This document shows, in pieces, positions 17,231 through 26,051 of a stretch of 64,000 nt of DNA (position 1 is its first letter; every line of letters starts with the position of its first letter). The notes beneath the pieces were generated by a model. It was not told where the DNA came from. It searched no databases and was given only the letters and a program-made list of their open reading frames with translations. Both the position numbers and the translations under genes were made by a program. Source of the stretch: an uncultured bacterium (GTDB lineage Bacteria; Patescibacteriota; Minisyncoccia; Phycocordibacterales; UBA9973); NCBI GenBank assembly GCA_903892035.1, contig CAITGV010000001.1:291310-355309 (forward strand), read 5' to 3'.

Positions 17231-18929
17231 AGTTTGCCAAAATTGTAGTCAAAATTTCGCCATCGAACCGGATGATTTTTCATTTTATGAAAAGATAGGC
17301 GTTCCTGCGCCGACTTTTTGTCCGGAATGTCGGATGATACGTAGAATGATTTGGAGGAATGTAAGGTCACTATATAAACGCCAATGTGGAATTTGCAGTA
17401 AGACTCTTATAAGTATGTATAAAGATGATGGTGCACCAGTGCTGTGTACTGAGTGCTGGAATAGTGACGAATGGGACCCACTTTCGTACGGGCAAGAATA
17501 TGATTTCTCTCGACCGTTTTTTGACCAAATATTGGAACTTTTTAAAAAAGCCCCGAGGTATTTTGCTTACCACACTGGAACTTTGGTAAATTCTGACTAC
17601 ACAAATTATTCTGCGGATAATAAAAATGCGTACTTGTCGTATTCAGTTATTGGATGTGAAGACGTAATGTATTCTGAAAGTATTGATAAATCAAAAAATT
17701 GTTTAGACTGTGATAATGTACAAAAGCTCGATAATTGTTTTCACAATATGGAATGCGAAGGAAATTACAGTAGCCATTACATGCTCCAATCTCAAAAATG
17801 CATCGATTCATATTTTCTGTATGACTGTGTAAATTGTCAGAATTGTTGCATGAGTTCAAACTTAAGAAATAAACAATATTATTTTAAGAATAAAAAATTG
17901 ACGAAGGAGGAATACGAAGAAACTATTCGTAATTTAAATTTAGATCAATATTCTGAAGTAGAAAAATCTAAAAAATATTTTTATGATATGTATAAAAATC
18001 AGGCAATACATAAATACGCCCAAATATTGAATTCTGTAGATGTTTCTGGAGAAAATATTAGAAATTCAAGAAACGTAAAATACAGTTTTGATGTAGTTGA
18101 TTCAGAAAATATTCACTATGGATCAAGAGTTCTCATGAATTGTAAAGATTGTTACGATGTTCAGGGACTTGCTGTAGGAGAACTTATCTATGATTGTGTG
18201 GCTTCAAGTTGGGGTACATATAGAGATTATTTTTGTTATATAACTCTTGGGTGTAAGGAATGCGAATATTCTTTTATATTAAAAAACTCCTCACATTGTT
18301 TTGGGTGTGTAGGATTGACCAATATGCAGTATTGTATTTTTAACAAACAATACACAAAAGAAGAATATTTTCCTTTGGTAGAAAAAATAAAAAAACACAT
18401 GATGGAAATGCCTTACACCGATTCAAAAGGAAGGATATATAAATACGGAGAATTTTTTCCTTTTGAATTTTCACCTTTTGCATATAATGAAACTGTAGCA
18501 CTTGATTCTTTTTTGGGTGTTGATGAGGCTGAAGCTTTATCGAAGGGTTATTCATGGAAGACACCTGAGAAAAAAGATTATAAAATTACGATAAAATCTT
18601 CTGAATTGGCTGACAGTATAAATGATGTGAACGATTCAATTTTAAGCGAAGTCGTTGGGTGTCCTAACCAAGGGGATTCTGCATTTCAATGCACCACCGC
18701 ATATAAAATAACAGAAAATGAATCTCAATTTTATAGACAGAAAAATATCCCACTTCCAAGATACTGTCCAAACTGCAGACATTATATAAGGTTTCAATAT
18801 CACAACCCGCTAAGGCTCTGGCACAGAAAGTGTATGAATGGTTGCGGCAATGAATTCGAAACCAGCTATTCTCCCGAACGTCCCGAGAAGGTTTATTGTG
18901 AAAGCTGTTATCAGAAAGAAGTGCTATAA
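17220..18929 (+). CDS. cysteine-rich multi-zinc-ribbon protein (unknown function)
   Basis: 569 aa with more than 20 Cys arranged as serial CxxC pairs, including N-terminal (CQNC...CPEC) and C-terminal (CPNC...CESC) zinc-ribbon-like motifs. Confidence 0.5.
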   Translation: MENKVCQNCSQNFAIEPDDFSFYEKIGVPAPTFCPECRMIRRMIWRNVRSLYKRQCGICSKTLISMYKDDGAPVLCTECWNSDEWDPLSYGQEYDFSRPFFDQILELFKKAPRYFAYHTGTLVNSDYTNYSADNKNAYLSYSVIGCEDVMYSESIDKSKNCLDCDNVQKLDNCFHNMECEGNYSSHYMLQSQKCIDSYFLYDCVNCQNCCMSSNLRNKQYYFKNKKLTKEEYEETIRNLNLDQYSEVEKSKKYFYDMYKNQAIHKYAQILNSVDVSGENIRNSRNVKYSFDVVDSENIHYGSRVLMNCKDCYDVQGLAVGELIYDCVASSWGTYRDYFCYITLGCKECEYSFILKNSSHCFGCVGLTNMQYCIFNKQYTKEEYFPLVEKIKKHMMEMPYTDSKGRIYKYGEFFPFEFSPFAYNETVALDSFLGVDEAEALSKGYSWKTPEKKDYKITIKSSELADSINDVNDSILSEVVGCPNQGDSAFQCTTAYKITENESQFYRQKNIPLPRYCPNCRHYIRFQYHNPLRLWHRKCMNGCGNEFETSYSPERPEKVYCESCYQKEVL

Positions 18930-18937
18930 TAATTTTT

Positions 18938-19291
18938 ATGGAAAATATTTCTTACGATGAATTTAAAAAGATGGATATACGAGTGGGAACGATAAAGACT
19001 GTCGAGCCGGTAGAGGGGACAGATAAGCTTTTGAAATGTATGGTTGATACCGGTGATAAAACAGAAGAAGGTGAAGTGAAATTGAGAGTTATTGTTTCGG
19101 GCATTAAAGAATTTTATCCTGAATATGAAAATCTTGTCGGTAAGCAAGTGCTATATATCGTAAACCTAGAACCAAGAATGATAAAAGGAATTGAAAGTCA
19201 GGGAATGCTTATGGCTGTCGATGGGCTTGATGGTCAGCCAGTTTTTCTTGTGCCAGAAAAAAAAGTCGAAGCAGGAAGTAAAGTGAGATAA
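18938..19291 (+). CDS. tRNA-binding domain protein (CsaA/Trbp111/Myf-like)
   Basis: The ...FKKMDIRVGTIKTVE...VVSGIKEFY... OB-fold pattern is typical of the tRNA-binding EMAP/Myf domain. Confidence 0.65.
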   Translation: MENISYDEFKKMDIRVGTIKTVEPVEGTDKLLKCMVDTGDKTEEGEVKLRVIVSGIKEFYPEYENLVGKQVLYIVNLEPRMIKGIESQGMLMAVDGLDGQPVFLVPEKKVEAGSKVR

Positions 19292-19292
19292 T

Positions 19293-19889
19293 ATGCACAA
19301 TCTTTTAAATCCAGAAACAATGGTCCGCACTGTGGGCCTTTTTGGAATACTTGTTGTTCTCTTTGCTGAATCAGGTTTATTTTTTGGTTTTTTTCTTCCA
19401 GGAGATTCACTTTTATTTACAGTTGGGATATTGGCATCACAAAGTTTATTTTCTTTTCCAATGTTACTTATACTATGCCCCGTGGCGGCAATTCTTGGAG
19501 ATAGCGTGGGTTACTGGTTTGGTAAAAAAATAGGACCAAAAATTTTTGCACGTGATGATTCTTTATTTTTTAAAAAAATATATGTAGAGAGAACTCAAAA
19601 ATATTATGATAAACACGGTTCGGTGACAGTTCTTATTGCGCGTTTTCTACCAATCGTCCGAACATTTGCTCCGATACTTGCTGGTGTTGGGGAGATGCGC
19701 TATAGAAAGTTTTTTATTTTCAATATAGTAGGAGCAGTGCTTTGGTCTACTGCAGTACTCTGCCTAGGCTACTTTTTGGGCAGTATGATTCCAAATGTAG
19801 ACGCATATATAATGCCAATGCTTGCAATTGTGGTAATACTTTCATTTCTTCCAGCCATTTTTGGATTCATCCACAATAAAAATAAATAA
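19293..19889 (+). CDS. DedA-family (SNARE-associated) membrane protein
   Basis: ...LIARFLPIVRTFAPILAGVGEMRYRKF... DedA motif. Confidence 0.7.
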   Translation: MHNLLNPETMVRTVGLFGILVVLFAESGLFFGFFLPGDSLLFTVGILASQSLFSFPMLLILCPVAAILGDSVGYWFGKKIGPKIFARDDSLFFKKIYVERTQKYYDKHGSVTVLIARFLPIVRTFAPILAGVGEMRYRKFFIFNIVGAVLWSTAVLCLGYFLGSMIPNVDAYIMPMLAIVVILSFLPAIFGFIHNKNK

Positions 19890-19931
19890 AATCGTTGTTT
19901 AAATGTTTCTTTTCGTTGTATAATCATATAG

Positions 19932-21014
19932 ATGAAAAGCTCGGCATTTTTTTCAATTTTTCCACCGACAAAATACGTAAGTATGTCGTCTGTTGGAATT
20001 GATATATCAGATCAGTCTTTACGCTATGTAGAGCTTTTGCCCTGCAGGGGAGGTTTGAAGCTTGGGCGTTTTGGAGAGAAAAAAGTTCCTCCTGGAGTAA
20101 TGTTGTCTGGTAAAATTTCCGATACAAAAAAAATGATTGAAATTTTATCTGAACTTAAAAAAGAAGTTAAAATAAATTTTGTCCGAGTTTCCTTACCAGA
20201 AGAACAAATTTATTTATATAAAACAAAAATTCCTATATTAAAAAATGATGAAATAAAAAACGCATTAGAACTTCAACTCGAGGAGCATATTCCTATTTCT
20301 CCACACGATGCTGTTTTTGATTATGATTTGGTAAAATCGACGGAAGATTCATATGAGATAGAAGTCGCTGCTATAAATGAAACCACAGTGGAGACATATA
20401 CCGAAATTTTCCACAAAGCTGGACTGATGCCTTTATCTTTTGAATTGGAAGCATCTGCAATTGCACGAGCAATAGTACTAAATGGAACAAAAGGCACAAT
20501 TTTATTTGTGGATTTTGGTGAAACACGCACTGGTATTTCAGTGGTGACTGACGGTATCGTGCAATATACTTCGACTGTAGATATTGGAGGTTCGATGCTT
20601 ACAAGTATGATACAAAAAGAAATGAACCTATCATACGAGCAAGCTGAAGCTATGAAAAAGAAAAATGGTTTAATTCGCGGAACAGACGGAGTTGAGCTTT
20701 CAACTGTATTGTTGGGTGCAATATCAATTTTACGTGACGAGATAAATAAAAATTTTGTGTATTGGCACACACATAAAGATGAAGATGGAAACGATAGACC
20801 AAAAATTGAAAAAATTATTCTGTGTGGCGGAGATTCGAATTTGAAAGGTCTTGTTGATTACTTGGAAACATCGATGCGTTTGCCGATAGTTTTAGGGGAT
20901 GTGTGGGTGAATATTAACAAGTCGAAAGAATTTGTACCAGAGATTTTTTTTGGTGACTCTCTTTCGTATGTGACGGCGCTCGGGCTTGCTTTAGGAGATT
21001 TTACAAATGATTAA
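19932..21014 (+). CDS. pilM: type IV pilus assembly ATPase-like protein PilM
   Basis: Actin-like fold motifs (VGIDISDQSLRYV..., ILFVDFGETRTG...). Confidence 0.75.
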   Translation: MKSSAFFSIFPPTKYVSMSSVGIDISDQSLRYVELLPCRGGLKLGRFGEKKVPPGVMLSGKISDTKKMIEILSELKKEVKINFVRVSLPEEQIYLYKTKIPILKNDEIKNALELQLEEHIPISPHDAVFDYDLVKSTEDSYEIEVAAINETTVETYTEIFHKAGLMPLSFELEASAIARAIVLNGTKGTILFVDFGETRTGISVVTDGIVQYTSTVDIGGSMLTSMIQKEMNLSYEQAEAMKKKNGLIRGTDGVELSTVLLGAISILRDEINKNFVYWHTHKDEDGNDRPKIEKIILCGGDSNLKGLVDYLETSMRLPIVLGDVWVNINKSKEFVPEIFFGDSLSYVTALGLALGDFTND

Positions 21015-21549
21015 TTTACTTACTGAAAAAGAAAAGAAAAATATTGAAAACGAATATAAATTTCGTCTAGTTATTGTCGGCATGGGTTTTATGGTGGGTA
21101 TCATCTTTTCTGCCAGTATATTTCTTTTGCCATCGTATTTTCTTTCTGCTACAAAAGTTGAAAATGCTCAAGCAAAAGTAGATGCCCTTAAAAAAGAAAG
21201 TGATGAAAAAAGTAAAGCTGACCTTGAAGCAGCACTTGCTGATATTAAAAATAAATTGGCACTTTTTGTGATACCTAAAAACCAAAATTCAATTTCAGAT
21301 GACTTGATAATACCGATTGAAAAAGTAAAAACAAATAATATAAAAATTACAGGAATTTCCTACGAAGTGGCAGATAAAAATAATACTGGGAATATTCGTG
21401 GTGTAGCTACAGATAGAGTAAGTTTGATCAATTTTTCCGAAGCTCTAAAAAATAATCCACAATTTTCAAATGTAGATCTTCCTGTTTCAGATTTGGCAAA
21501 AAATAAACAAATTGATTTTAATATTTTAGTTACTTTTAAAACATCATGA
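21007..21549 (+). CDS. pilN: PilN-like type IV pilus biogenesis protein
   Basis: Overlaps the pilM stop, has a single N-terminal TM and the right size and position. Confidence 0.5.
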   Translation: MINLLTEKEKKNIENEYKFRLVIVGMGFMVGIIFSASIFLLPSYFLSATKVENAQAKVDALKKESDEKSKADLEAALADIKNKLALFVIPKNQNSISDDLIIPIEKVKTNNIKITGISYEVADKNNTGNIRGVATDRVSLINFSEALKNNPQFSNVDLPVSDLAKNKQIDFNILVTFKTS

Positions 21550-22094
21550 AGACTAAAGGTAAAAATATTGTTTATTTAATAGTTTCCACAATCTTTTTAC
21601 TTGGAGCTTTTTCTTTATTTGGTTACTTGTTTTACAATGTGCGAGCAGAGAGTCAGAGTGTTTCGGAATTGTCTGCTCAAATCGAGCAACTTTCAAACGA
21701 AGAGTCTACTTCAAGTACTCTCAAGCACAGCGTGGCTGTCACTGAGGGGGATAGTAGTAAATTAAATTCCTATTTTGTTTCAAGTGACAATGTCGTAAGC
21801 TTCATAAACTCAATGGAGGCTCTTGGTGTAAACGTCGGCTCAGATGTTTCTACAACTTCTATTGATCCAGGAAAAGATTCATCGACGTTAACTTTTAACA
21901 TTGTCGCAAAAGGAAGTTTTTCTTCAGTTTCCAGATTCGTAACACTTTTGGAAAATGTGCCGTATCAGGTAAGAATACAAAAACTAGATTTAGAAAAAAA
22001 TATGGCTGATATAAAAACCTTACAAAAAGGTGATAAGTGGTACGATTGGGACGCAACGATAACACTTGTGCTTAAGAGTTACATTGTAAAATAA
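21546..22094 (+). CDS. pilO: PilO-like type IV pilus biogenesis protein
   Basis: Translationally coupled to pilN. N-terminal TM plus a coiled coil. Confidence 0.45.
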   Translation: MKTKGKNIVYLIVSTIFLLGAFSLFGYLFYNVRAESQSVSELSAQIEQLSNEESTSSTLKHSVAVTEGDSSKLNSYFVSSDNVVSFINSMEALGVNVGSDVSTTSIDPGKDSSTLTFNIVAKGSFSSVSRFVTLLENVPYQVRIQKLDLEKNMADIKTLQKGDKWYDWDATITLVLKSYIVK

Positions 22095-22098
22095 ATAT

Positions 22099-22413
22099 AT
22101 GAATTTAAAATTACCAAAACAAAAAATAGTTTTTAAAAAAAATGAATCCAGCGCATTGAATTATCATATGTGGTGGAAAGTTTTTATACTTTCATCATTT
22201 TTTGCTTTAATAATTTTAGGTAGTACTAGCCTGTGGCTATTTTATAGTATTAATAATGCGAAGATTTTTCAAATGCCACCACCTGCGGCTTCTCTAGAAG
22301 ATGCAAAAAATAAATCAAAACTTGATTCAATAATAAAAACTTTTGCTGATAAAAAAGCTAAAAGTGATTCGATAATTGCCAACCCACCGATATACGTGGA
22401 TCCATCGTTGTAA
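22099..22413 (+). CDS. small membrane protein, pilus-cluster associated (PilP-like?)
   Basis: 104 aa with one TM, immediately after pilO. Confidence 0.3.
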   Translation: MNLKLPKQKIVFKKNESSALNYHMWWKVFILSSFFALIILGSTSLWLFYSINNAKIFQMPPPAASLEDAKNKSKLDSIIKTFADKKAKSDSIIANPPIYVDPSL

Positions 22414-22424
22414 GTGTTTTTGTT

Positions 22425-22439
22425 GTGCCCCTGGTAAGA
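22425..22439. repeat. 15-bp direct duplicate of the tRNA-Arg(TCT) 3' end (att-like scar)
   Basis: gtgcccctggtaaga occurs at 22425-22439 and again at 22496-22510, where it is the tRNA 3' end. Confidence 0.5.
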
Positions 22440-22496
22440 CCGCGAGTACGCTTATCTCCGTCGACTCAAAATTCGTCGCCACTCATTTTCAAACAG

Positions 22497-22568
22497 TGCC
22501 CCTGGTAAGAATCGAACTTACATCGACGGCTTAGAAGTCCGCAGTTCTATCCATTGAACTACAGGGGC
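22497..22568 (-). tRNA. tRNA-Arg (anticodon TCT)
   Basis: Minus-strand cloverleaf: acceptor gcccctg/caggggc, anticodon loop cTTCTaa, T-arm gtaag-ttcgatt-cttac. There is one A31-G39 mismatch. Confidence 0.8.
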
Positions 22569-22621
22569 ATACTAAACAAAGTAGCATTTTACTTTAGATT
22601 TTCAAAGCGTATAATCAATTC

Positions 22622-23557
22622 ATGAAGGAAAATATGGGTTCACAACTTAATAGTGCTCCAAAACCAAGCATACTTGATAATATGGAAAATTTGATAGCTT
22701 TATCAAAAAAGCTTGAAAATGTCTACAATAACAGGCCCGATATTTCTACTTTCGAAGGAGCAATGTATGGCACAAATCAAGAAAATAGGTATACAAAAGA
22801 TGCAATAAAAAAGGATGAAAATTATGTAGAATATCGTAGAAATGAAATTGAAAAAATAAATCATTCAAAAGGAATGGATGTCGCAGAAAGGCTCGAGGGT
22901 GGTTTTCAGTTATCTGAAATAATGCAAGCTATGATTGTAGATAGAATGAATAAAAATTGGTTCAAGGATTGCAAAGCAATAATGACCTCAGATTATGATG
23001 ATCTTGCTGTAGGTATCGATGCTGTGATGAAACATGAGCGAGGAGGATACCTTGGGGCATCTTTTGATTTTACTTTAACAAATAAAGATATGATGGTTGA
23101 TAAAAAATTAAATAAAGAATGGGAAAATATAAAAGAGGGAAGAGTAGCAACGGTAAAATATTTTGAAGATCCTGATACTGGCAAAAAAGGGAAACTTATG
23201 GTGCCAAAATTTATTATTGGTGCATCAAAAAAAGATATTGAGGAATTAGCAGAAGCCTATTTGAAAAATGATAACAAGGTTCTAGAAAATCATCCATTTA
23301 AATATGTGATGCTTCAACAGATTGAAGTACAGCTCAATACTGTTTTAGAGTTTTATGAAAGCAATATGGATAATGAGAAATATAAATTTGCTAAAGAACA
23401 ATATGACAAAGTTTATAAATTTTTGAGAATCATGAAGACAGATATCCACGCAGACGACAAAATGCATGACACTGATCTACATGAGTATTCAAAGTCAAAT
23501 GTTGCACTTGATATGATGAAAAGGTTTCAGATAATGAAAGATAGACCTAAACCTTAA
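22622..23557 (+). CDS. hypothetical protein (311 aa, no recognisable domain) lying between two tRNAs
   Basis: Long ORF rich in charged residues. Its stop is 5 nt from the tRNA-Val 3' end. Confidence 0.5.
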   Translation: MKENMGSQLNSAPKPSILDNMENLIALSKKLENVYNNRPDISTFEGAMYGTNQENRYTKDAIKKDENYVEYRRNEIEKINHSKGMDVAERLEGGFQLSEIMQAMIVDRMNKNWFKDCKAIMTSDYDDLAVGIDAVMKHERGGYLGASFDFTLTNKDMMVDKKLNKEWENIKEGRVATVKYFEDPDTGKKGKLMVPKFIIGASKKDIEELAEAYLKNDNKVLENHPFKYVMLQQIEVQLNTVLEFYESNMDNEKYKFAKEQYDKVYKFLRIMKTDIHADDKMHDTDLHEYSKSNVALDMMKRFQIMKDRPKP

Positions 23558-23561
23558 ACTG

Positions 23562-23634
23562 TGCGCGATGCAAGACTCGAACTTGCGACCTTCCCGGTGT
23601 AAACGGGTTGCTCTACCAACTGAGCTAATCGCGC
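23562..23634 (-). tRNA. tRNA-Val (anticodon TAC)
   Basis: Minus-strand cloverleaf: acceptor gcgcgat/atcgcgc, anticodon loop tTTACac, T-arm gcaag-ttcgagt-cttgc. Confidence 0.85.
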
Positions 23635-23695
23635 ATCCACTTACATTACATCATTTTTATTTGTTCTGCAATCCTTTTTATACTATAGTGAAGTC

Positions 23696-24436
23696 GTGAC
23701 TTTCAAAGACCTCATCATTTACGAAGACAAAGATATGTTTGCCATAAACAAGCCAGCGGGGCTTATGGTACACGGCGACGGCAGAACTAAAGAGAAAACA
23801 CTAGCAGATTTGATTTTGAAGGAGTATCCAAAGTTGAAAAATATCGGAGAGCCGATGGAAATCACTGATCAAAAAACAAAAAAGAAAGTAGTTATATACC
23901 GCCCTGGAATTGTGCACCGTCTCGACAAAGAAACTTCAGGTGTTTTATTGATCGCAAAAAATCAAAAAACTTTCGAGTATTTGAAAAAACTTTTTCAAGA
24001 TAGAGGAATAAAAAAGACATATCGTGCTGTGGTGCATAAAAATATTAAAGCTGAAGGCGGGGTGGTTGACCAACCAATTGGCCGAAGTAAAACAGATTTC
24101 AGACAATGGCATTCTGGTCGTGGAATAAGAGGGGAAACGCGAGAAGCAGTCACCGAATACAAAGTTCTTTCTCGTTTCAAAAAAAATAAAGAAGATTTTT
24201 GCTATGTTGAAGTAAATCCAAAGACTGGTCGCACTCATCAAATCCGTGTGCATATGAAATTTCTCCAACATCCTGTCGCAGGCGATGCTTTGTATTCCCC
24301 AAAAAACAAACAAGGTTTGTGGTCTCGTATGATGCTCCACGCCCTTTCAATTGAGTTCAAAAATCCAAAGGGTAAAGTCATAAAAATCGAAGCCCCACTC
24401 CCAAAGGAATTTAAAGACCTTGGAGAAGTTGCGTAA
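23696..24436 (+). CDS. RluA-family pseudouridine synthase
   Basis: ...FAINKPAGLMVH... and the catalytic HRLDKETSGVLLIAKN motif. Confidence 0.75.
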   Translation: MTFKDLIIYEDKDMFAINKPAGLMVHGDGRTKEKTLADLILKEYPKLKNIGEPMEITDQKTKKKVVIYRPGIVHRLDKETSGVLLIAKNQKTFEYLKKLFQDRGIKKTYRAVVHKNIKAEGGVVDQPIGRSKTDFRQWHSGRGIRGETREAVTEYKVLSRFKKNKEDFCYVEVNPKTGRTHQIRVHMKFLQHPVAGDALYSPKNKQGLWSRMMLHALSIEFKNPKGKVIKIEAPLPKEFKDLGEVA

Positions 24437-24466
24437 ATTGGGCTTTTATGTTAGATTGTCTCCTGT

Positions 24467-24865
24467 ATGACAACAGCAATGAAATTCGCGCCAGCAAATA
24501 TGGAAGCCCGAAAAAAGCTTAATTTTTCTTCAGGCGACACTGTGCGCGTGCAATCAAAAATTTTAGATAAAGGTAAATACCGCTTACAGGCTTTTGAAGG
24601 TCTCGTATTGGCTCGTAAGCACGGCTCTGAGGCTGGTGCAACATTCACAGTACGCAAAGTAGCGTCTGGTGTAGGCGTAGAACGTATTTTCCCACTTTAT
24701 TCACCAATGATAGACAAGATTGAAGTTGTGAAGCGTTCACGCGCTCGCCGTTCAAAGCTTTACTACGTACGAACAAAAGCTGTGAAAGATGTACGTCGCA
24801 AGATGAAACAAATGGTGGTCACAAGTGAAAATCAGGATCAAATCGACGAGAACATTGTAAATTAA
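24467..24865 (+). CDS. rplS: 50S ribosomal protein L19
   Basis: ...GDTVRVQSKI..EG.K.R.Q.FEGLVLARK... is the L19 pattern. Confidence 0.85.
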   Translation: MTTAMKFAPANMEARKKLNFSSGDTVRVQSKILDKGKYRLQAFEGLVLARKHGSEAGATFTVRKVASGVGVERIFPLYSPMIDKIEVVKRSRARRSKLYYVRTKAVKDVRRKMKQMVVTSENQDQIDENIVN

Positions 24866-24883
24866 AATTTCAAACAAAAACAA

Positions 24884-24918
24884 AAAACTCTCCGACACGG
24901 GTCGGAGAGTTTTTTGTT
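24884..24918 (+). terminator. rho-independent terminator after rplS
   Basis: aactctccgac-acgg-gtcggagagtt followed by a T-run. Confidence 0.7.
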
Positions 24919-24968
24919 TACCTTGAAAAAAAGTAAATTTTAGGTATAATCAACAAGCAACTAAATTT

Positions 24969-25052
24969 GCTCGGGTGGCGAAATTGGTAGACGCACTACC
25001 TTGAGGTGGTAGCGCCCTCACGGGCATGGAAGTTCAAATCTTCTCCCGAGCA
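24969..25052 (+). tRNA. tRNA-Leu (anticodon GAG)
   Basis: Acceptor gctcggg/cccgagc, anticodon loop tTGAGgt and a long variable arm. Confidence 0.85.
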
Positions 25053-25055
25053 CAA

Positions 25056-25397
25056 ATGGAACTTAAAAGAAAAAAATGTATAGGTTGCGAAAAGGGGAAT
25101 GTGAAAGTGCTTGATAAAAATGAAGCGCAGGATTTTTTGGATGAAGTGCTCGGATGGAGTATGAACAAAGGAGCGACAGAAATTTCCAAAGAATTTATTT
25201 TTAAGGATTTTGTACAAGCAGTAGATTTTGTAAATGCAGTTGCCGACATTGCCGAAGGGGAAGGGCATCACCCAAATATAAAAATAGTGTATAATAAAGT
25301 GAGATTGGATTTGTCGACGCACGCAGTCGAGGGTCTTACAGAAAATGATTTTATTGTCGCTTCAAAAATCGATTCACTTCCAATAATTTTTAATTAA
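25056..25397 (+). CDS. pterin-4a-carbinolamine dehydratase (PCD/DCoH)
   Basis: EGEGHHPNIKIVYNKVRLDLSTHAVEGLTENDF is the PCD signature. The start was trimmed to the ATG 4 nt after tRNA-Leu. Confidence 0.6.
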   Translation: MELKRKKCIGCEKGNVKVLDKNEAQDFLDEVLGWSMNKGATEISKEFIFKDFVQAVDFVNAVADIAEGEGHHPNIKIVYNKVRLDLSTHAVEGLTENDFIVASKIDSLPIIFN

Positions 25398-25402
25398 AAA
25401 AA

Positions 25403-25831
25403 ATGATTTCACAATCTTTATTTTTATTTTCACATCTTGCAGTCACGCTCATCGCTTTTGCTGGTGTTTTTGTTTGTGCTCATATTTATCACCACAAGAT
25501 TACAAAGAAGCCCCTCATTTGTCCATTTAAAGCAAATTGTGATGAAGTAGTAGCAAGTAAATATTCAAAATTTTTAGGAATTCATATAGAATTTTTTGGT
25601 TTAGCCTTTTATTTAATTATTGGTTTGTATCATTTATTTGTAATGTTTTTCCCTGAATTTGTTTTGCCAATTTTTGGAAGCATAACTTTGGCAATTAGTT
25701 TCCTTTCAATTATTTTTTCTGTTTATTTGGCTTTAGCTCAAGCTTGGGTTTTAAAAAAATGGTGTTCATGGTGTATGTTTTCAACTTTACTTTGTTTAAT
25801 CATTTTTGTGTTTAGAATTTGCGGTATCTAG
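25403..25831 (+). CDS. vitamin K epoxide reductase (VKOR)-family membrane protein
   Basis: 4 TMs, a loop Cys pair (CPFKANC), SKYSKFLGI, and a CSWC (CxxC) motif in the last TM. Confidence 0.5.
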   Translation: MISQSLFLFSHLAVTLIAFAGVFVCAHIYHHKITKKPLICPFKANCDEVVASKYSKFLGIHIEFFGLAFYLIIGLYHLFVMFFPEFVLPIFGSITLAISFLSIIFSVYLALAQAWVLKKWCSWCMFSTLLCLIIFVFRICGI

Positions 25832-25897
25832 ATTTATATCTCTAAATCTGCTATAACTAAAGGGCTTTTGCGCATTCCCAAATGTGTGAAATAACGT

Positions 25898-25970
25898 GGG
25901 GCTTATGGTGTAACGGTTAACACTGAGGTTTGTGGAACCTTCGATCTGGGTTCGATTCCCAGTAGGCCCC
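25898..25970 (+). tRNA. tRNA-His (anticodon GTG) with the extra G-1
   Basis: G-1 + acceptor gggctta/taggccc, anticodon loop tTGTGga, discriminator C. Confidence 0.85.
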
Positions 25971-26017
25971 CATATGAAAAAAACTGACTTTGTGTCAGTT
26001 TTTTTCATATGGGGGCC
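25965..26017. terminator. perfect 24-bp palindrome (5-nt loop) overlapping the tRNA-His 3' end; bidirectional terminator
   Basis: ggcccccatatgaaaaaaactgac-tttgt-gtcagtttttttcatatgggggcc. Confidence 0.6.
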
Positions 26018-26051
26018 TAAAGGAGTAACGAAAGGTATCCCAGTAGGTATT

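Noticed and set aside
16726-17370. 214-aa minus-strand ORF.
   Set aside because: It lies antisense to tRNA-Ser and the well-supported ruvX/YqgF gene. Its composition is low-complexity and no motif was recognised. It is judged spurious.
25026-25055. 5' extension of the PCD ORF (MEVQIFSRAQ...).
   Set aside because: The extension overlaps the 3' half of tRNA-Leu. An in-frame ATG 4 nt after the tRNA gives a normal-length PCD.
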